A stretch of DNA of 64,000 nucleotides, taken from NCBI GenBank assembly GCA_051362555.1, contig CM120643.1, positions 28,400,848 to 28,464,847 of the forward strand. Direction: 5' to 3'. Below the pieces are notes generated by a model. That model searched no databases. It was not told where the DNA came from and saw nothing but the letters and a program-made list of their open reading frames with translations. The translations under genes were made by a program, and so were the position numbers. This stretch comes from Lingula anatina. Its lineage: Eukaryota; Animalia; Brachiopoda. Each line of letters opens with the position of its first letter. The stretch's first letter is position 1. Positions 1 to 14,144 of this stretch are shown in pieces.

Positions 1-385
1 TTCTATCTATATTTGACTTAGAACCAAAATGTTATAGGGTCCACAGAGGCACCAAATGGAGAGAATCTGCTCATAATTAATTTTCAAGCACTTCAATTTA
101 TGAAAGCAAAACATGAAAACCTTTTACATGAGATGAATATTTATATGCATTTGTACTATGTGAAACCCAGAGTTCATGCCTTAATTCATATGTCATGAAG
201 TCTAAAATCATTGTGCAATAAACTATCAAATGAAATGTGTACTGTGAGACAACCATATAAATTCAATGTGAACTTCTTTTATCTTATCCCATAAAAGTAG
301 TGTGGGAAAATAAAACTGAGTTAATATAATGGAAAAGAAGGACAAGATTTAACTATGAAGATTTCTATCTGACACTTGTGATAAA

Positions 386-390
<5 letters not shown>

Positions 391-450
<60 letters not shown>

Positions 451-1415
451 TACCAGTTTTAAGAATGTGTATATTAACCCCGTGGACCATTTGAAGATTA
501 CACTGCGATTAATGCGGTGGAAAACACAATAGCAAGAGTGTATAATGATAGGGTCGCTAAACGATTGTTGACGGCATATAGTAACTAGCCTAATCCCTGG
601 ACCACAGAAACCGGCGTCATGGGGTTCACTCGTCTTAAGTATTGTGTTATTCCACCTAAGCTATTGTGTTTGTGCGTTCGAATTTTGAAGGGATTTATAC
701 TGCCCTCCATTGTTTGTCCGCCCCCTTCTATTCACAAGATAGGGATTAAAACATTTTGAACGTTGTAAAATCGGTGTACAACGGAAACAAAATTATTACT
801 ACTATATATATATATATGTGTGTGTGTGTGTTTTATTCTTTGATGATTAAATACTTATTTATACAAGATCAACTCTACGTCACTTCAGTCCTCGTGCACA
901 ATAATGGAATAGAAGTAAGTCCAAATTAGGCAATTTTAACTCTGTGTGATATCCACTTGATGTTAGCATGCTTCTAATCTTAATCACTGAACAAGCAGAT
1001 GGGGGGGGGGGGGGGGGGGGCTGCATTCTTTGCCCCCAAACAAATCTGAACCGCCACACCACTTGGCGATAAGCTATGTTAAAATATTTTCTGAAAGAAT
1101 ATAATACAATCGCCCAGTAAGTTTCATGACAATAAATGAAAATAAAACCATATTCCATTCGGGTGAATTAAAAGTAATGTATACATTTCAATAAAATATA
1201 AGACAAAGATTTAGAGTATTTCAGAATTGTGCTGATGGTAGTATTGCTTGAGTAACTGATTGAATATGTTTACATGTACCATATGCCTGATTTACTGTAT
1301 GATTTACTTGAATTACTACTTTCTATGCTGAAAGTATGCGATTTCCAACGCATAGGTATTTAGACAGCCCTGATCAAATCCTGGGTGCATGGTGATACAA
1401 CAAACACCGCTTTTC

Positions 1416-1474
<59 letters not shown>

Positions 1475-2034
1475 AAAACGCCGGTAAATTAGGTAGCACA
1501 TGACACATACGTATGTCTGACCTGCAGACATAATTTACATTACTCACTTAATTCATTATGTTACGTTTTGCTCCTGTTCCTGAAGTATTTTGTATAATAA
1601 TTCTAATGTTATATTACTTACCACTAAGGAAGTAAATATAGAACTCGTAAACTTGAAGTGACACCTGTGTCACCGCGGTCTCTCTCGTCTTCAGAGTCTG
1701 ACTGAAAGGGTTCAAATTGGTACGGAAGCACCGACTGTGTCAGGCTTCGGACGCTTCCGTGCTCGCCTCTTTACTTTCATCATCTACGTTGTCCAGATTA
1801 TAGTCCGTCACGTGAATCTTCCTACCAACTCAGTCACAGACAGTGTTGGACAAGTTTGTGACGTCACCTCGAAGTGGCCTCGATTTGGCTATTCCCAGCC
1901 TTCCTCCATACGAGCGGTTTTCACAGGTGAGAACCCGTGCATTCAATGCGCTGTAAATACCTGTAGGTCACTAGTGTACGTATTGAAGTATCGCTTTCGG
2001 CGAGTTGTATTTAAGAAAATACACTATCGGACTA

Positions 2035-2091
<57 letters not shown>

Positions 2092-2359
2092 CTGTCCTTC
2101 TTTAAAAATCACAACTGTGGGAAAAAAGAGTCCTGTTCCACAAAAGTGCCATATGTTTTTTTTAACATAAATGTAAGTTTATTATGTAAAACGAGACCCA
2201 CAGGTTAAAAAATTAGCTTAATTAGCTAAATTAGGGCATTGAAGCGGCAAATCTCCAAAAAGTGCTTAATTTAAGATTGTTTAATGTCCCCTTCATACAC
2301 AGACCTGGTCTAAGTTGGCCATGATGTGTAAATGGCAAATGCCTATCCGATATGGACGC

Positions 2360-2443
<84 letters not shown>
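391..2443. repeat. Cluster of simple repeats: (TA)n at ~391, ~1422 and ~2373; poly-G at 1001-1020; poly-A at 2036-2089
   Basis: Seen directly in the sequence. Confidence 0.9.
449..804 (+). mobile_element. ~355-bp internal-deletion derivative (MITE) of the 4.4-kb TA-flanked family, inserted in a (TA)n microsatellite
   Basis: 449-600 matches 57571-57724 and 597-804 matches ~61749-61958. The two parts join at a CTGG microhomology (GCCTAATCCCTGGACCACAGAAACC). (TA)n lies on both sides. Confidence 0.9.
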
Positions 2444-2447
<4 letters not shown>

Positions 2448-3380
2448 CATTCATAAAGAAACCTAAAGCATCGTGTATCATATGACCATTTCACTGTTTG
2501 TGGTGAGAGAGATAACGGACTAAAAAAAACTCCAGAATTTTAAGATGGCCGCCGTTTTCAAGATGGCCGCCATTGTCAATAAAAAAAAAATTGGTCAAAT
2601 TTTCTTTTTTTATCCCAATCTTTACATTTAAAATCAAAATGTTATGTCCACATAATTATTATTGATTGGATTATACAATATAGACATATTTTCATTTCCG
2701 TATGGCATTTAGTTAAATTTGGGTAGTGTTTTTATAAGACTAAAACATTGTATTGACATAAAAATAAGTAAAAACTTAAATGTGCAGTCGGAATTCACCT
2801 TTACATTGATATCTATTGATTATTATTATTATTATTCATTGAGGTCTCAATATGAAAAATGCAAATTATTTGGCATTACCTTATTCATACATTCTATGCT
2901 GGCGATATCAAAAGTCAAATTCAAACAAATTTCATGCTAGACAACACCATGTAACAGAGTATATTGCTCTCCATACACTGGTTTAAAGAATGCTGTGTTT
3001 CCAAATGTTAAAAAACCTACCAGTTAACATCAAAATGACTGCTTAATCCAATATGGCCACCAACATTAAATTATCATTATTACATTTTGTGTTCCACTAA
3101 TGAGGGTTATATATGTAGGCATGATGATTATTTTAGAGATTTTGATCCTTTCTCATTAAATAAAGTGATTTTCTATAATAAGATTTAAGGGAAAATAGAT
3201 ATAAAGTTACAAGTATAGCAGGAAAATGGTAACGCACATGACTCTTTGTAATTGTGTCATTTCCCACAATCCTCTTATGTAGGTCACATCCCATAATAAC
3301 AAGTAGTTGTCAGCAAGATGTTATGAAATTGTTAGTGCTTATATAAAAATTTGCTGATTTCCATCCATAATTCCTTGAAG

Positions 3381-3519
3381 TTGAAGTGAGACTGGTGGGT
3401 AGTTCTCGTGTCAGTGAGGGAAGAGTTGAGGTGTTCTACAACGGAGAATGGGGCACTGTCTGTGATGACGGCTGGGATGACAACGATGCTCGTGTGGTCT
3501 GCAGAATGCTTGGTTACAA
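3381..3519 (+). CDS. SRCR-repeat gene, exon A1 (N-terminal half of an SRCR domain)
   Basis: ttccttgaAG acceptor and GTAAG donor, phase 1/2. Translates [45 protein letters not shown], with the canonical SRCR motifs EGRVEV, WGTVCD and VVCR.LG. Confidence 0.93.
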
Positions 3520-3636
3520 GTAAGCACACCGTTTATTTTATGTTTCTTTTGCTACTCATTTAATCATAAATAATGTTACCCATTTCTAAAAAAATATGCA
3601 AATGTCAACTAATTTGATGTGGCTTACAAATTCTAG

Positions 3637-3821
3637 ACCCAAGTATTCCGTATCCTTTTCCCGCGCTCATTTCGGTCGAGGTGCTGGTTCTATTCTACTG
3701 GATAACGTCGCCTGCTCTGGGAACGAAGCATCTATCAAAGATTGCAGACACAACGGGTGGAGGTCACACAACTGTGATCACTCTGAGGATGCTGGTGTCA
3801 GATGTATCCCTAGAGTACCTG
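3637..3821 (+). CDS. SRCR-repeat gene, exon B1 (C-terminal half of an SRCR domain)
   Basis: ttctAG acceptor and GTGGGT donor, phase 2/1. Translates [61 protein letters not shown]. Confidence 0.9.
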
Positions 3822-4041
3822 GTGGGTGGACAAAGTGTTTTCTTAATTTACAAATCCTAGTCATGCTACAAAATGACATTTACATTGTTTTTGCCATGAA
3901 CTCGAGGGAGTATCATAATGGTGTTTAATTTATTTTCGTATTGGACACGATTTTTCATCCCATTCTGTGTAAAACAATGCGTTAGCAAATGAATAGTGCT
4001 TATTTAAAACTCTGCCCATCGTTATCCACAATTCCTTGCAG

Positions 4042-4180
4042 TTGAAGTAAGTTTGGTGGGTGGTCATCATGCCGGTGAGGGAAGAGTTGAGGTGTACCGT
4101 AACGGTGAATGGGGCACTGTCTGTGATAGCAACTGGGATGAAAACGATGCTCGTGTGGTCTGCAGAATGCTTGGTTACAA
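4042..4180 (+). CDS. SRCR-repeat gene, exon A2
   Basis: ttccttgcAG / GTAAG. Translates [45 protein letters not shown]. Confidence 0.93.
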
Positions 4181-4252
4181 GTAAGAACGCTGTTTATTTT
4201 ATGTTTCTTTTGCTACTCATTTAATCATAAAGAATGTTACCCATTTCTTTAA

Positions 4253-4489
<237 letters not shown>

Positions 4490-4764
4490 TGAACAGATTG
4501 TTTTCTTCATTTACAAAATTTAGTTATGCTACAAAATGGCATTTACATTATTTTTGCCATGGAGGTATCATAATGGTGTTTAAATGATATTAGCATTGGG
4601 CAAATGGTTAGTCCTTATATCTTTTTTTAAATAGTAAATAAGTAAATATTCTTACTCATTGTGATTGTTTAATAACATATTCACAAAAATTGTATTCTTA
4701 CTGTCATTTTCATCCACACAAGTGGATGCATATGTTACAGTGAAATAAACTTTAAACTTTATAA

Positions 4765-4959
<195 letters not shown>

Positions 4960-5743
4960 TAAGGGACCACAATTTATCTTACCAGCAGGAACGATCTAAC
5001 TCCTTGATGATTCTCGCTAAATTACGTTCAGTTTGTCTGGCACACCGCTCGTAACTTATAGTACTTGGGTAAGGTCGGGAATACTCTGTGACCAATGATG
5101 CTTTTCATTTTCTTTTGCCAGACAATTAAACTAGTTACATTGACTGCACCTTAGCAAGAATCCCCACTGAGATAGGTATATCCTGCTTGTACGATAAGTT
5201 TATGAGAACGCCGTCTAATTTTTTTTTTTTATTTTATTTTTTATTTTTAGCAAGCTATCATACTGTACTAAATTTGTCAATTTACGATGTCCATAATAGT
5301 CATTATAGTGGCAACAATAAAATCAGTTTTAGTCTAGAGAGAGATTTATTTATACGAGAAAATAATAATTTAATATTATCCTATCTTCGTATATACTATT
5401 TACTGTAGGAGTACAACTTTAAAACATATATTAACTTTATCTTACTTTAATGAGAATAACAAGATAATTAAGTTCCGTGCAGGGGTAGAGCAATATGATA
5501 AATTTGGATTATGTAAAATTAACAGGAATCATGTTTTAACAGCAGTTGTAATATAAATAAAGTGAAAAGTCACAGTCATTCAGAACCACCGTCTCACCAT
5601 GTCTTCAATAATAATAGAAGAAGAAACATCGACCAGAAAGCAGAAGGGTGAGGATGGGTCACGTTTTTATTGATGCTTTAGAAGTTTTACCGTTTATGTC
5701 CGATGGTGAATGATTTACCATTTTTGTCCAGTGGTGAATGATT

Positions 5744-5785
<42 letters not shown>

Positions 5786-5870
5786 TTATTGAGCATTAAA
5801 TGTGTACAGTTACATTTAACAAGCTCTCTAAACTGCAGTTTTACATAAATTGTGCGCATACGCTTAAGTA

Positions 5871-8065
5871 CCGTACTTGGATTAAGAATGTGTACATTTA
5901 CCCCGTGGACCATTTGAAGATTACACTGCGATTAATGCGGTGGAAAATACAATAGAGAGAGTGTATAATGATAGGGTCGCTAAACGATTGTTGACGGCAT
6001 ATAGTAACTAGCCTAATCCCCTGGTCGCCTGGGTAGCCACGCCCCCTTAGAGTACTTATGTAAACAAACGGTCTCCCGTAGCGAACTATCCTTTTGTTCC
6101 ACAGCTTCGCGCGTGCAGCTGATTATGTATGTAGTGACACTATAGCTAACTGCATATAAATTTGTGCTAGCTGTTATTTGATTCATTCTGCTGTGTCGGA
6201 TGTTGTGGATCAGCCCACTGGTTCGTCGACTTATGTTTTTCTGAAGTTTGGTGGTGCAGATTTTGAGTGCTTAATTATTTACCCTCCTTCTAACAAGAGA
6301 AAGGGGAAGGGAGATAAAAAGAGAGAGTGTCAAATGAAACGGGTAATGAGTAATACATTACATTAAATAAAGGGACTCGCGGTGGAAGAAACGATAGACT
6401 GTCTTGCATCAAGGTATGCCATTATAATCCGACATGGCCCATAACATGATCCATAACATGACTCAATGTTGTATGCCTTATATTTGTGCCGACTTATATT
6501 TTACTCTCGTTCATTTCGTGAAACTATTTCCTTGAATAAAGTTTTGCCTGTATAAATTAACTTTGTGACATGAAGTAATTAAGAAAACGCGCCTGTTGAA
6601 AAGGGGGCTTTTCGTAACTAATAAAGGTTCACTATTCAGAAAAATATCGTCGCCGTTCGTCGCTGCTACCTTCAGGAAAGCGTACCCTCCGCGTGGATCA
6701 CCGGCATTTTTGATTATCTGATAAATTAGGGCAATTTACGTTTTAGCTAATAATTCTGAATTTACTAATATTTTGGACTAAATTCGATGTCAGATTCATA
6801 GCAATGACGGAGAGCCCCCAGAGTAACTGTTTAATTTTCTAAACTAATCAAACTAGAACGCGTGGCGATAAAATGTGTCGCTAGATCTTGTAAGCACTCA
6901 GCGAAATGCACCTAGTGACTATATTCAATGTGCCGTCACTTAATTGCTTTCTCGATTTCATTAATTGACGATAGTAATTGCAGATAACAAGGAAGAGGAA
7001 ATGCTGAAGACAAAACAACGTCGGGTCTTTGTGTGACTTTCTCCCTAAACACTTTTTATGTTGCTGTCAAAGAAAAAGAAGTCTAGATAGCGATTATTTA
7101 AACATAAACACAATATTAGATGCGATTTTTGTGAAATGACTTATTAAGTGATGTGCATGTACCAAGCATGTTTAAATTCTTGAATTTCTAATTTGTTAAA
7201 TCTTTCATACACGGCCTCATATATGTATTACTCTCAGGCCTTCGATATTATTGTGTTACACGGGACTCCTGGAAACCTGAAGCACCTGTAGCTAGGTCTA
7301 CGGAGTCTTGTTATCCTTCATGCAGTTTTATATATGGCTGGGATGAACACTGCGAAGTAGAAACAGGCTTTACTTAGCTTTACTTGATGCACGACAGTTT
7401 AAACAAAACCAGTCTGCAAGGCTTGCTTTGATTTGGCGTTAACCTTACACTGGGTTTAAAAGAACAAATATAAATATGTTCGATGGATTAAATGCCGGCT
7501 TCGTTATATTTTAACTAAATGCGTTCATTTGCACAGTTACACAGATAATATTTTTAAGTTGTCTGTCGTTCAGCACGCATTATAGGCGAGTAGCTAAATA
7601 GTGACGGTGATCAATCCAAGCTCAATCTTGGCAAGTATCGTTTACAAAATAGATCATGTTGAATAAACTTAATTACGCTTTAATAAATAATCAACACATG
7701 GTTCGGTAATTGTCACTTGAAAGCTTTCGATCAAAGACGTTCAATGAAATCACAAATTGACGATTAAAAAATGGACATGTTCAAGGGGCAGTTTTTGTTT
7801 CAGCTAAAGGGACTTCAGGTACAGGTAGAGGGTTCAGTTACGTGTTTCATCGGATGATAGCATCACGCCCTAGGTCTAAGCGAGTTGAATAGAAGCTTTT
7901 TATCCAAACATCCTATTCCTAACTACTGAGTTAGGACAAAGGTCTTGTTACATGCACTGTGCAATTGCTATTAAAGGATCAGATGCATACTTGATTGTTT
8001 TTCCTCTGGTGTCGCAAGTATGCATCCTTTCTTGAGTGATCTAAAACAAGTCGCTAGTGTACCAT
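5871..8065 (+). mobile_element. 4.4-kb TA-flanked family, + copy, with an internal deletion and interrupted
   Basis: TA then CCGTACTTGGATTAAGAATG, near-identical to 57571 onward. Lacks the segment equivalent to ~58805-60040 (junction near 7100). Stops at ...GTGTACCAT, where a MITE end begins. Confidence 0.92.
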
Positions 8066-8106
8066 CCCGCACGAAAACGAAGTAGATACTCCAGCGCAGT
8101 AGACTA
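8066..8106 (+). mobile_element. Isolated left end of the CCCGC-terminated MITE
   Basis: CCCGCACGAAAACGAAGTAGATACTCCAGCGCAGTAGACTA matches 9471-9511 with one mismatch. Confidence 0.85.
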
Positions 8107-8252
8107 GGTTTGGCCCAGGTTGGGGAGCAATTCATGTGGCCGAAGTGGCTTGTACTGGTAGTGAAGGATCCCTAAAAGACTGTCCCCACGGAGGATGGGG
8201 ATCGCATTACTGTACACACTCGGAAGATGCTGGTGTCTTGTGTTTGCCATAA
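8104..8252 (+). pseudogene. SRCR terminal half-exon T1, 5'-truncated
   Basis: Translates [48 protein letters not shown]-stop and is paralogous to 25165 and 35573. The native acceptor and first ~10 codons are replaced by the MITE end. Confidence 0.8.
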
Positions 8253-9325
8253 GAACATATTACCAAATCATAATAAGGGTCCACCTGGACAATATAGCAA
8301 CACGTTCTTTTCCTCTTGCACTGCCTTGAAGTTTTCAAAGTATCTTAGTTACAAAACCATAAATGCCTGTATGTTAAACGTGATTAATCCAGAGTTAAAT
8401 GTACCATGAACATTAACACTCTGGCATGTATAATCTTGCCTCTTATCACTGCTTTACCCCTACTAAATACCTGTTTATATGCATCTCTTTATTTTTAATA
8501 AATACAAAGTTAGAAAAATAACACTTCTCCCTACAGTGTATTCAATTATTTCACTTTTAGACATACTGTGGAGCTCATTACACACTTTTTTTTCTGTCAT
8601 AGTTACCGTGTTGTGTGCAACTTTTGAAATTATGGATATGCATGGTTTCACAAGATGGCCGCCAAATCCAATAGAGGAATATAATTACCATTAATTTTTT
8701 CCCGTAATACATTTTTTCACTTCTGGGCCACAGTCGGGGTAAAGAAGTGGGCAAGTATGAGGCAAGGTGATACAATCCACTAACCAGAAATATCACTCTA
8801 ATGCAAATAAACACGTCAGTACCCAATGCTTGCGCTTTTATTCAGCTTCTTGAAGTATTTGTTTCATTAAATTTTAACAATTGTGCAACTAATGAATATT
8901 TAAGGTTTCAGTTGCATTGTTCACTACCAACTCACCCACCCAATGGTAGCCAATACACACGATACAACATAACTGCTATTCGATGAGCCCTGTCCACCTG
9001 TGGCAGATAATTTGGAAAAAAAGCTTCGCATCAACTTTCCTCCAAACCTTTACGTGCCCATCACTTCTGCCATTTCATTGTTAAGTCGTTGACTGCCTGG
9101 TGTCCGCTCGGGAAATCTGATATACCATCATAATCGTTGAAGACGGACCACTGCGGTGATCGTTGTTCTTCTAACGTCACTCCTGCCTAAATAACTGTGG
9201 TTGTTCAGGTGTCTACCACTGGAAAAACATAGACGCTTTTTGCTGTCAAGTTGCTTAATATCATAAAACGTTCTACATGAGTAAGGGGTATGATCATTAT
9301 CTCATCTCGTGGCTGTGGCCCCATA

Positions 9326-9466
9326 TCGTCCTAGTATTAAGTTTGTGTATATTTTCTCCGTGTGCCATTTGAAGATTAGACGGTGATTACAACGACATAA
9401 AATACAATAGAGGGAGTGTGATAATGATAGGGTCGCTAAACGATTGCTGACGGAATATATATAGTG
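9326..9466 (+). mobile_element. Diverged left-end fragment of the 4.4-kb family
   Basis: Follows CCCCATA (the paralogous flank continues CCCCATAGGTT at ~26483). Aligns with many substitutions to 57571-57710, including ATAATGATAGGGTCGCTAAACGATTG. Confidence 0.75.
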
Positions 9467-9470
9467 AATA

Positions 9471-9754
9471 CCCGCACAAAAACGAAGTAGATACTCCAGC
9501 GCAGTAGACTACTGCAATCATACTGCAAACATGCTTCAAATCTGCTTCGATGTGGGAGCTAATTAGCATATTTGAAACATGCTTCTATCATGCTGCTAAT
9601 CTACTGCATTAATGCTCCTCCTCTGTACAACCCTATGTAATTTTTGAAGTAGAATTGCAGTAGGCTATACTGCATTTCTAATTCAAATATGCTCCACACT
9701 ACTACTGCGTTAATGCTTCTTTGCTACTTCGATACTACTGCATTTTCTTGCGGG
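9471..9754. mobile_element. 284-bp MITE with CCCGC...GCGGG termini (CACTA/EnSpm-like)
   Basis: Imperfect ~20-bp TIR: CCCGCACAAAAACGAAGTAG versus the reverse complement of CTACTGCATTTTCTTGCGGG. Internal repeated (C)TACTGC / GCAGTAG motifs. The superfamily call is inferred from the CCC ends and an apparent 2-bp TSD. Confidence 0.75.
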
Positions 9755-9788
9755 ATGTTTCTCACTGTAGCAAAATATGTTCGACATA

Positions 9789-12700
9789 CAGTGGTCGGAA
9801 TAATTTTGTTTCCGTTGTACACCGGTGTAACCACGTTCGAAATGTTTTAATCCCTATCTTGTGAATAGAAGGGGGCGGACAAACAATGGAGGGCCGTATA
9901 AATCCCTTCAAAATTCGAACGCACAAACACAATACTTAATACGAGTGAACCCCATGACGCCGGTTTCTGTGGCCCAGCGCGAGCGTGACAATCCGCTGTA
10001 ACTAGGTGTAATTAACAGCAGGATACATCAGCCAGAAGGTCCCTATTGTTTGTTGCGACGATAGGATTATAGCTTGAAGAGGCTAAACCCATGCTAAGGC
10101 GTGCCACGCGAAGCGAACTGTCCTTTTGTTCACTAGTTTGGCACGCGCAGCTGGTTTTTAGTGTTGCTAACAAACTGCTAGTTAAATAGTTTGTTATCAG
10201 TTATTTCATCCTATATGAAATTTCCGCAGTCAAAAATTGAACTAATTATTGTTTGTTTGGTTGAAATGCATGAGCGTCAGCATCAATCTGTCTCAAAAAA
10301 TTCCTATTGCATTAATTTATAAATGTATAATTTATTTATGTACTTACGTTTTAATTTGAAATATCTGCATTCAAGCGTTCAAGTATTTATAAAACATGAA
10401 TGATAATGAAAGAGGAATAAGGAAATAACATATTACTTATATTATGCTTATATTATAATATTGAAATTAAATGAGGTGCATTGACATAGGCGCAATGACA
10501 ATCCAACTACAACGTGAAACAGGGGGAAGTCTGGCTGTATGATCATACAATATACGAAAGTACGGTCAATTAAAAGTGTAAATCACCAGTTAAATAGGAG
10601 GGGGTCTTACTATGGTCGCTATCTATTGTTAAACCCGACTGTTATTGTCTCTCGAACAAGCTTAAAGCATGCCTATACAATTACTGTGTCTCCGGCTGCC
10701 GTTCAGAAACACCATGTCGAACGTATTTTGCTACAGTGAGAAACATGGTACACTAGCGACTTGTTTTAGATCACTCAAGAAAGGATACATACGTGCGACA
10801 CCAGAGGAAAAACAATCAAGTATGCGTCTGATCCATTAATAGTAATTGCACAGTGCATGTTACTAGACCTTTGTCCTAACTCAGTAGTTAGGAATAGGAT
10901 GTTTGGATAAAAAGTTTCTATTCAACTCACTTAGACCTAGGGCGTGATGCTATCATCCGATGAAACACGTAACTGAACCCTCTACCTGAACCTGAAGTCC
11001 CTTTATCTGAAACAAAAACTGCCCCTTGAACATGTCCATTTTTTAATCGTCAAATGATTTGTGATTTCATTGAACGTCTTTGATCGAAAGCTTTCAAGTG
11101 ACAATAACCGAACCATGTGTTGATTATTTATTAAAGCGTAATTAAGTTTATTCAACATGATCTATTTTGTAAACGATACTTGCCAAGATTGAGCTTGGAT
11201 TGATCACCGTCACTATTTAGCTACTCGCCTATAATGCGTGCTGAACGACAGACAACTTAAAAATATTATCTGTGTAACTGTGCAAATGAACGCATTTAGT
11301 TAAAATATAACAAAGCCGGCATTTAATCCATCGAACATATTTATATTTGTTCTTTTTAAACCAGTGTAAGGTTAACGCCAAATCAAAGCAAGCCTTGCAG
11401 ACTGGTTTTGTTTAAACTGTCGTGCATCAAGTAAAGCTAAGTAAAGCCTGTTTCTACTTCGCAGTGTTCATCCCAGCCATAAAACTGCATGAAGGATAAC
11501 AAGACTCCGTAGACCTGTGCTTCAGGTTTCCAGGAGTCCCGTGTAACACAATAATGTCGAAGGCCTGAGAGTAATACATATATGAGGCCGTGTATGAAAG
11601 ATTTAACAAATTAGAAATTCAAGAATTTAAACATGCTAGGTACATGCACATCACTTAATAAGTCATTTCACAAAAATCGCATCTAATTGTTTAGATTAAC
11701 CTTTACTTTTATCGATCTCATCCCATTGTCTCAACCACCTAAAAGAAATATAGAGAACATGAGGAAAAGTAACACGTTTACATGCAGGCGAAGGAGTTAT
11801 ACTTCAATATTAATCGCGAACAATATCAACAGCGACTAAAGACCGTTGCCTGTCTTTCACACTTTTACACAAACACACGAAGGTTTAATAAAGGGAGTCG
11901 CGGCGCGATATCTATCTCTTTCATTCGAACAAGCAAAGGGCTGACCCGAAGTAAGCTTTCTATACTAATGTCCTTTTTATTGTGTATTGTAATTACTCTA
12001 CTTGCTCGCCTCCATTGTCTTGTAAAAGTGACAAAGAATGTGTTGTATTCACACACGAGATGAAAGAACTCCTTTACCTTAAGTTGCATAATGTCTTTCT
12101 CAAGGTTATAATCAGTGTGAAGAGGGTGTCTTGCCTCATTTAAAAAGGGTGTTGTTCTTCATACTGGTTGTTGCTTAACTTATGCTAATCTTAAACTTTT
12201 ATGTACCAATATGGTTTTAATAAATCGCCAAAATTATGAATTTAATGAACATTGTGTATCAAACGTTTTGATACGATTTAAATAAATGGACGAGGAGGAT
12301 TACGGTATTAGGTTCTATTTACCTCTGGCTTTAACTTCGCCCTGCTATATAAATGAACAAATGTTGCAGATCGTAACAAAAAAATTTTTATAGTGTTTTA
12401 TGACATATATGATTTACACATTTGATAGTGAAACACTCCTCGACTTTAACGAATCACCTGATGTAAACTGTCTACCCACGCTCCCCGAAAAAACTTTTTC
12501 TTTTAATTTTGAAATGAATTGCTTTTAAGGCAAAGAAGTCCATTAAACCCTTTAGTCTCAATATCATTGTACAGCATGTTGTAATGGATATTTAAAAAAG
12601 TTAATTTTTGTACTCCGCATCGGGGATACCTCAAGTTGAGGTTCACAATTACATCGCTCGCCTATGCTACTGGAATATATATTTAAGGACAAATTAAGCT

Positions 12701-14142
12701 TTATAAAGTCCCTATTGTCACACACCATAGATACTTAATTTTGTCTTGAATGAAAAATAGCCTCAAATTATCGTTTTGTGCTTAAACCTTTCATTACTTG
12801 AACCAAGATCTGTACTATAGCTACCAAGACGTACAAGCATCAAGTTGGGTCTGCTGGGGGAGGGGAGCATTTAAAGATAAACGAGGAAATCTACCTGCAA
12901 AAGCAGCAGCAGTGGTTTAAATAATCGCCATCTAAACTCCTTTTTCTTTGACAGCAACATAAAAAGTGTTTAGGGAGAAAGTCACACAAAGACCCGACGT
13001 TGTTTTGTCTTCAGTATTTCCTCTTCCTTGTTATCTGCAATTACTATCGTCAATTAATGAAATTGAGAAAGCAATTAAGTGACAGCACATTGAATATAGT
13101 CACTAGGTGCATTTCGCTGAGTGTTTACAAGATCTAGCGACACATTTTATCGCCACGCGTTCTAGTTTGATTAGTTTAGAAAATTAAACAGTACGTTACT
13201 CTGACGGCTCTCCGTCATTGCTATGAATCTGACATCGAATTTAGTCCAAAATATTAGTAAATTCAGTATTATTAGCGAAAACGTAAATTGCCCTAATTTG
13301 TCAGATGATCAAAAATGCCGGTGATCCACGCGGAGGGTACGCTTTCCTGAAGGTAGCGGCGACGAACGGCGATGATATTTTTCTGAATAGTGAACCTTTA
13401 TTAGTTACGAAAAGCCCCCTTTTCAACAGGCGCGTTTTATTAATTACTTCATGTCACAAAGTTAATTTATACAGGCAAAACTTTATTCAAGGAAATAGTT
13501 TCTCGAAATGAACGAGAGTAAAATATAAGTCGGCACAAATGTCATAACACAATGAGTCATGTTATGGATCATGTTATGGGTCATGTGGGATTATAATGGC
13601 ATACCTTGATGCAAAACAGTCTATCGTTTCTTCCACCGCGAGTCCCTTTATTAAATGTAATGTATTACTCATTACCCGTTTCATTTGACACTCTCTTTTT
13701 ATTTCCCTTCCTCTTTCTCTTGTTAGGAGGGTAAATAATTAAGCACTCAAAATCTGCACCACCAATCTTCAGAAAAACATAAGTCAACGAACCAGTGGGC
13801 TGATCCACAACATCCGACACAGCAGAATGAATCAAATAACAGCTAGCACAAATTTATATGCAGTTAGCTATAGTGTAACTACATACATAATCAACTACAC
13901 GCGCGAAGCTGTTGAACAAAAGGATAGTTCGCTACGGGAGACCGTTTGTTTACATAAGTACTCTAAGGGGGCATGGCTACCCAGGCGACCAGGGGATTAG
14001 GCTAGTTACTATATGCCGTCAACAATCGTTTAGCGACCCTATCATTATACACTCTCTCTATTGTATTTTCCATCGCATTAATCACAGCGTAATCTTCAAA
14101 TGGTCCACGGGGTAAATGTACACATTCTTAATCCTAGTACGG
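9789..14142 (-). mobile_element. 4.4-kb TA-flanked family, full-length inverted copy
   Basis: TA-CAGTGGTCGGAATAAT ... CTTAATCCTAGTACGG-TA. Reverse complement of 57571-61958 along its whole length; the short ORF at 11782-12063 is identical to that at 59665-59946. Confidence 0.95.
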
Positions 14143-14144
14143 TA

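Noticed and set aside
880-2481. ORFs with poly-Pro, poly-Lys and (YI)n tracts
   Set aside because: They are translations of poly-G, poly-A and (TA)n simple repeats, with no other coding signal.
2540-2575. Tandem AAGATGGCCGCC (YY1-like) motifs as a promoter
   Set aside because: The same motif recurs at ~8652, ~25735 and ~36150 within repeat-like flanks, and there is no evidence for a transcription start.
10539-14115. Short ORFs recurring almost identically at 41-44 kb and 57-62 kb
   Set aside because: They recur only because they lie in copies of the 4.4-kb element. Frames break between copies and no domain is recognisable.
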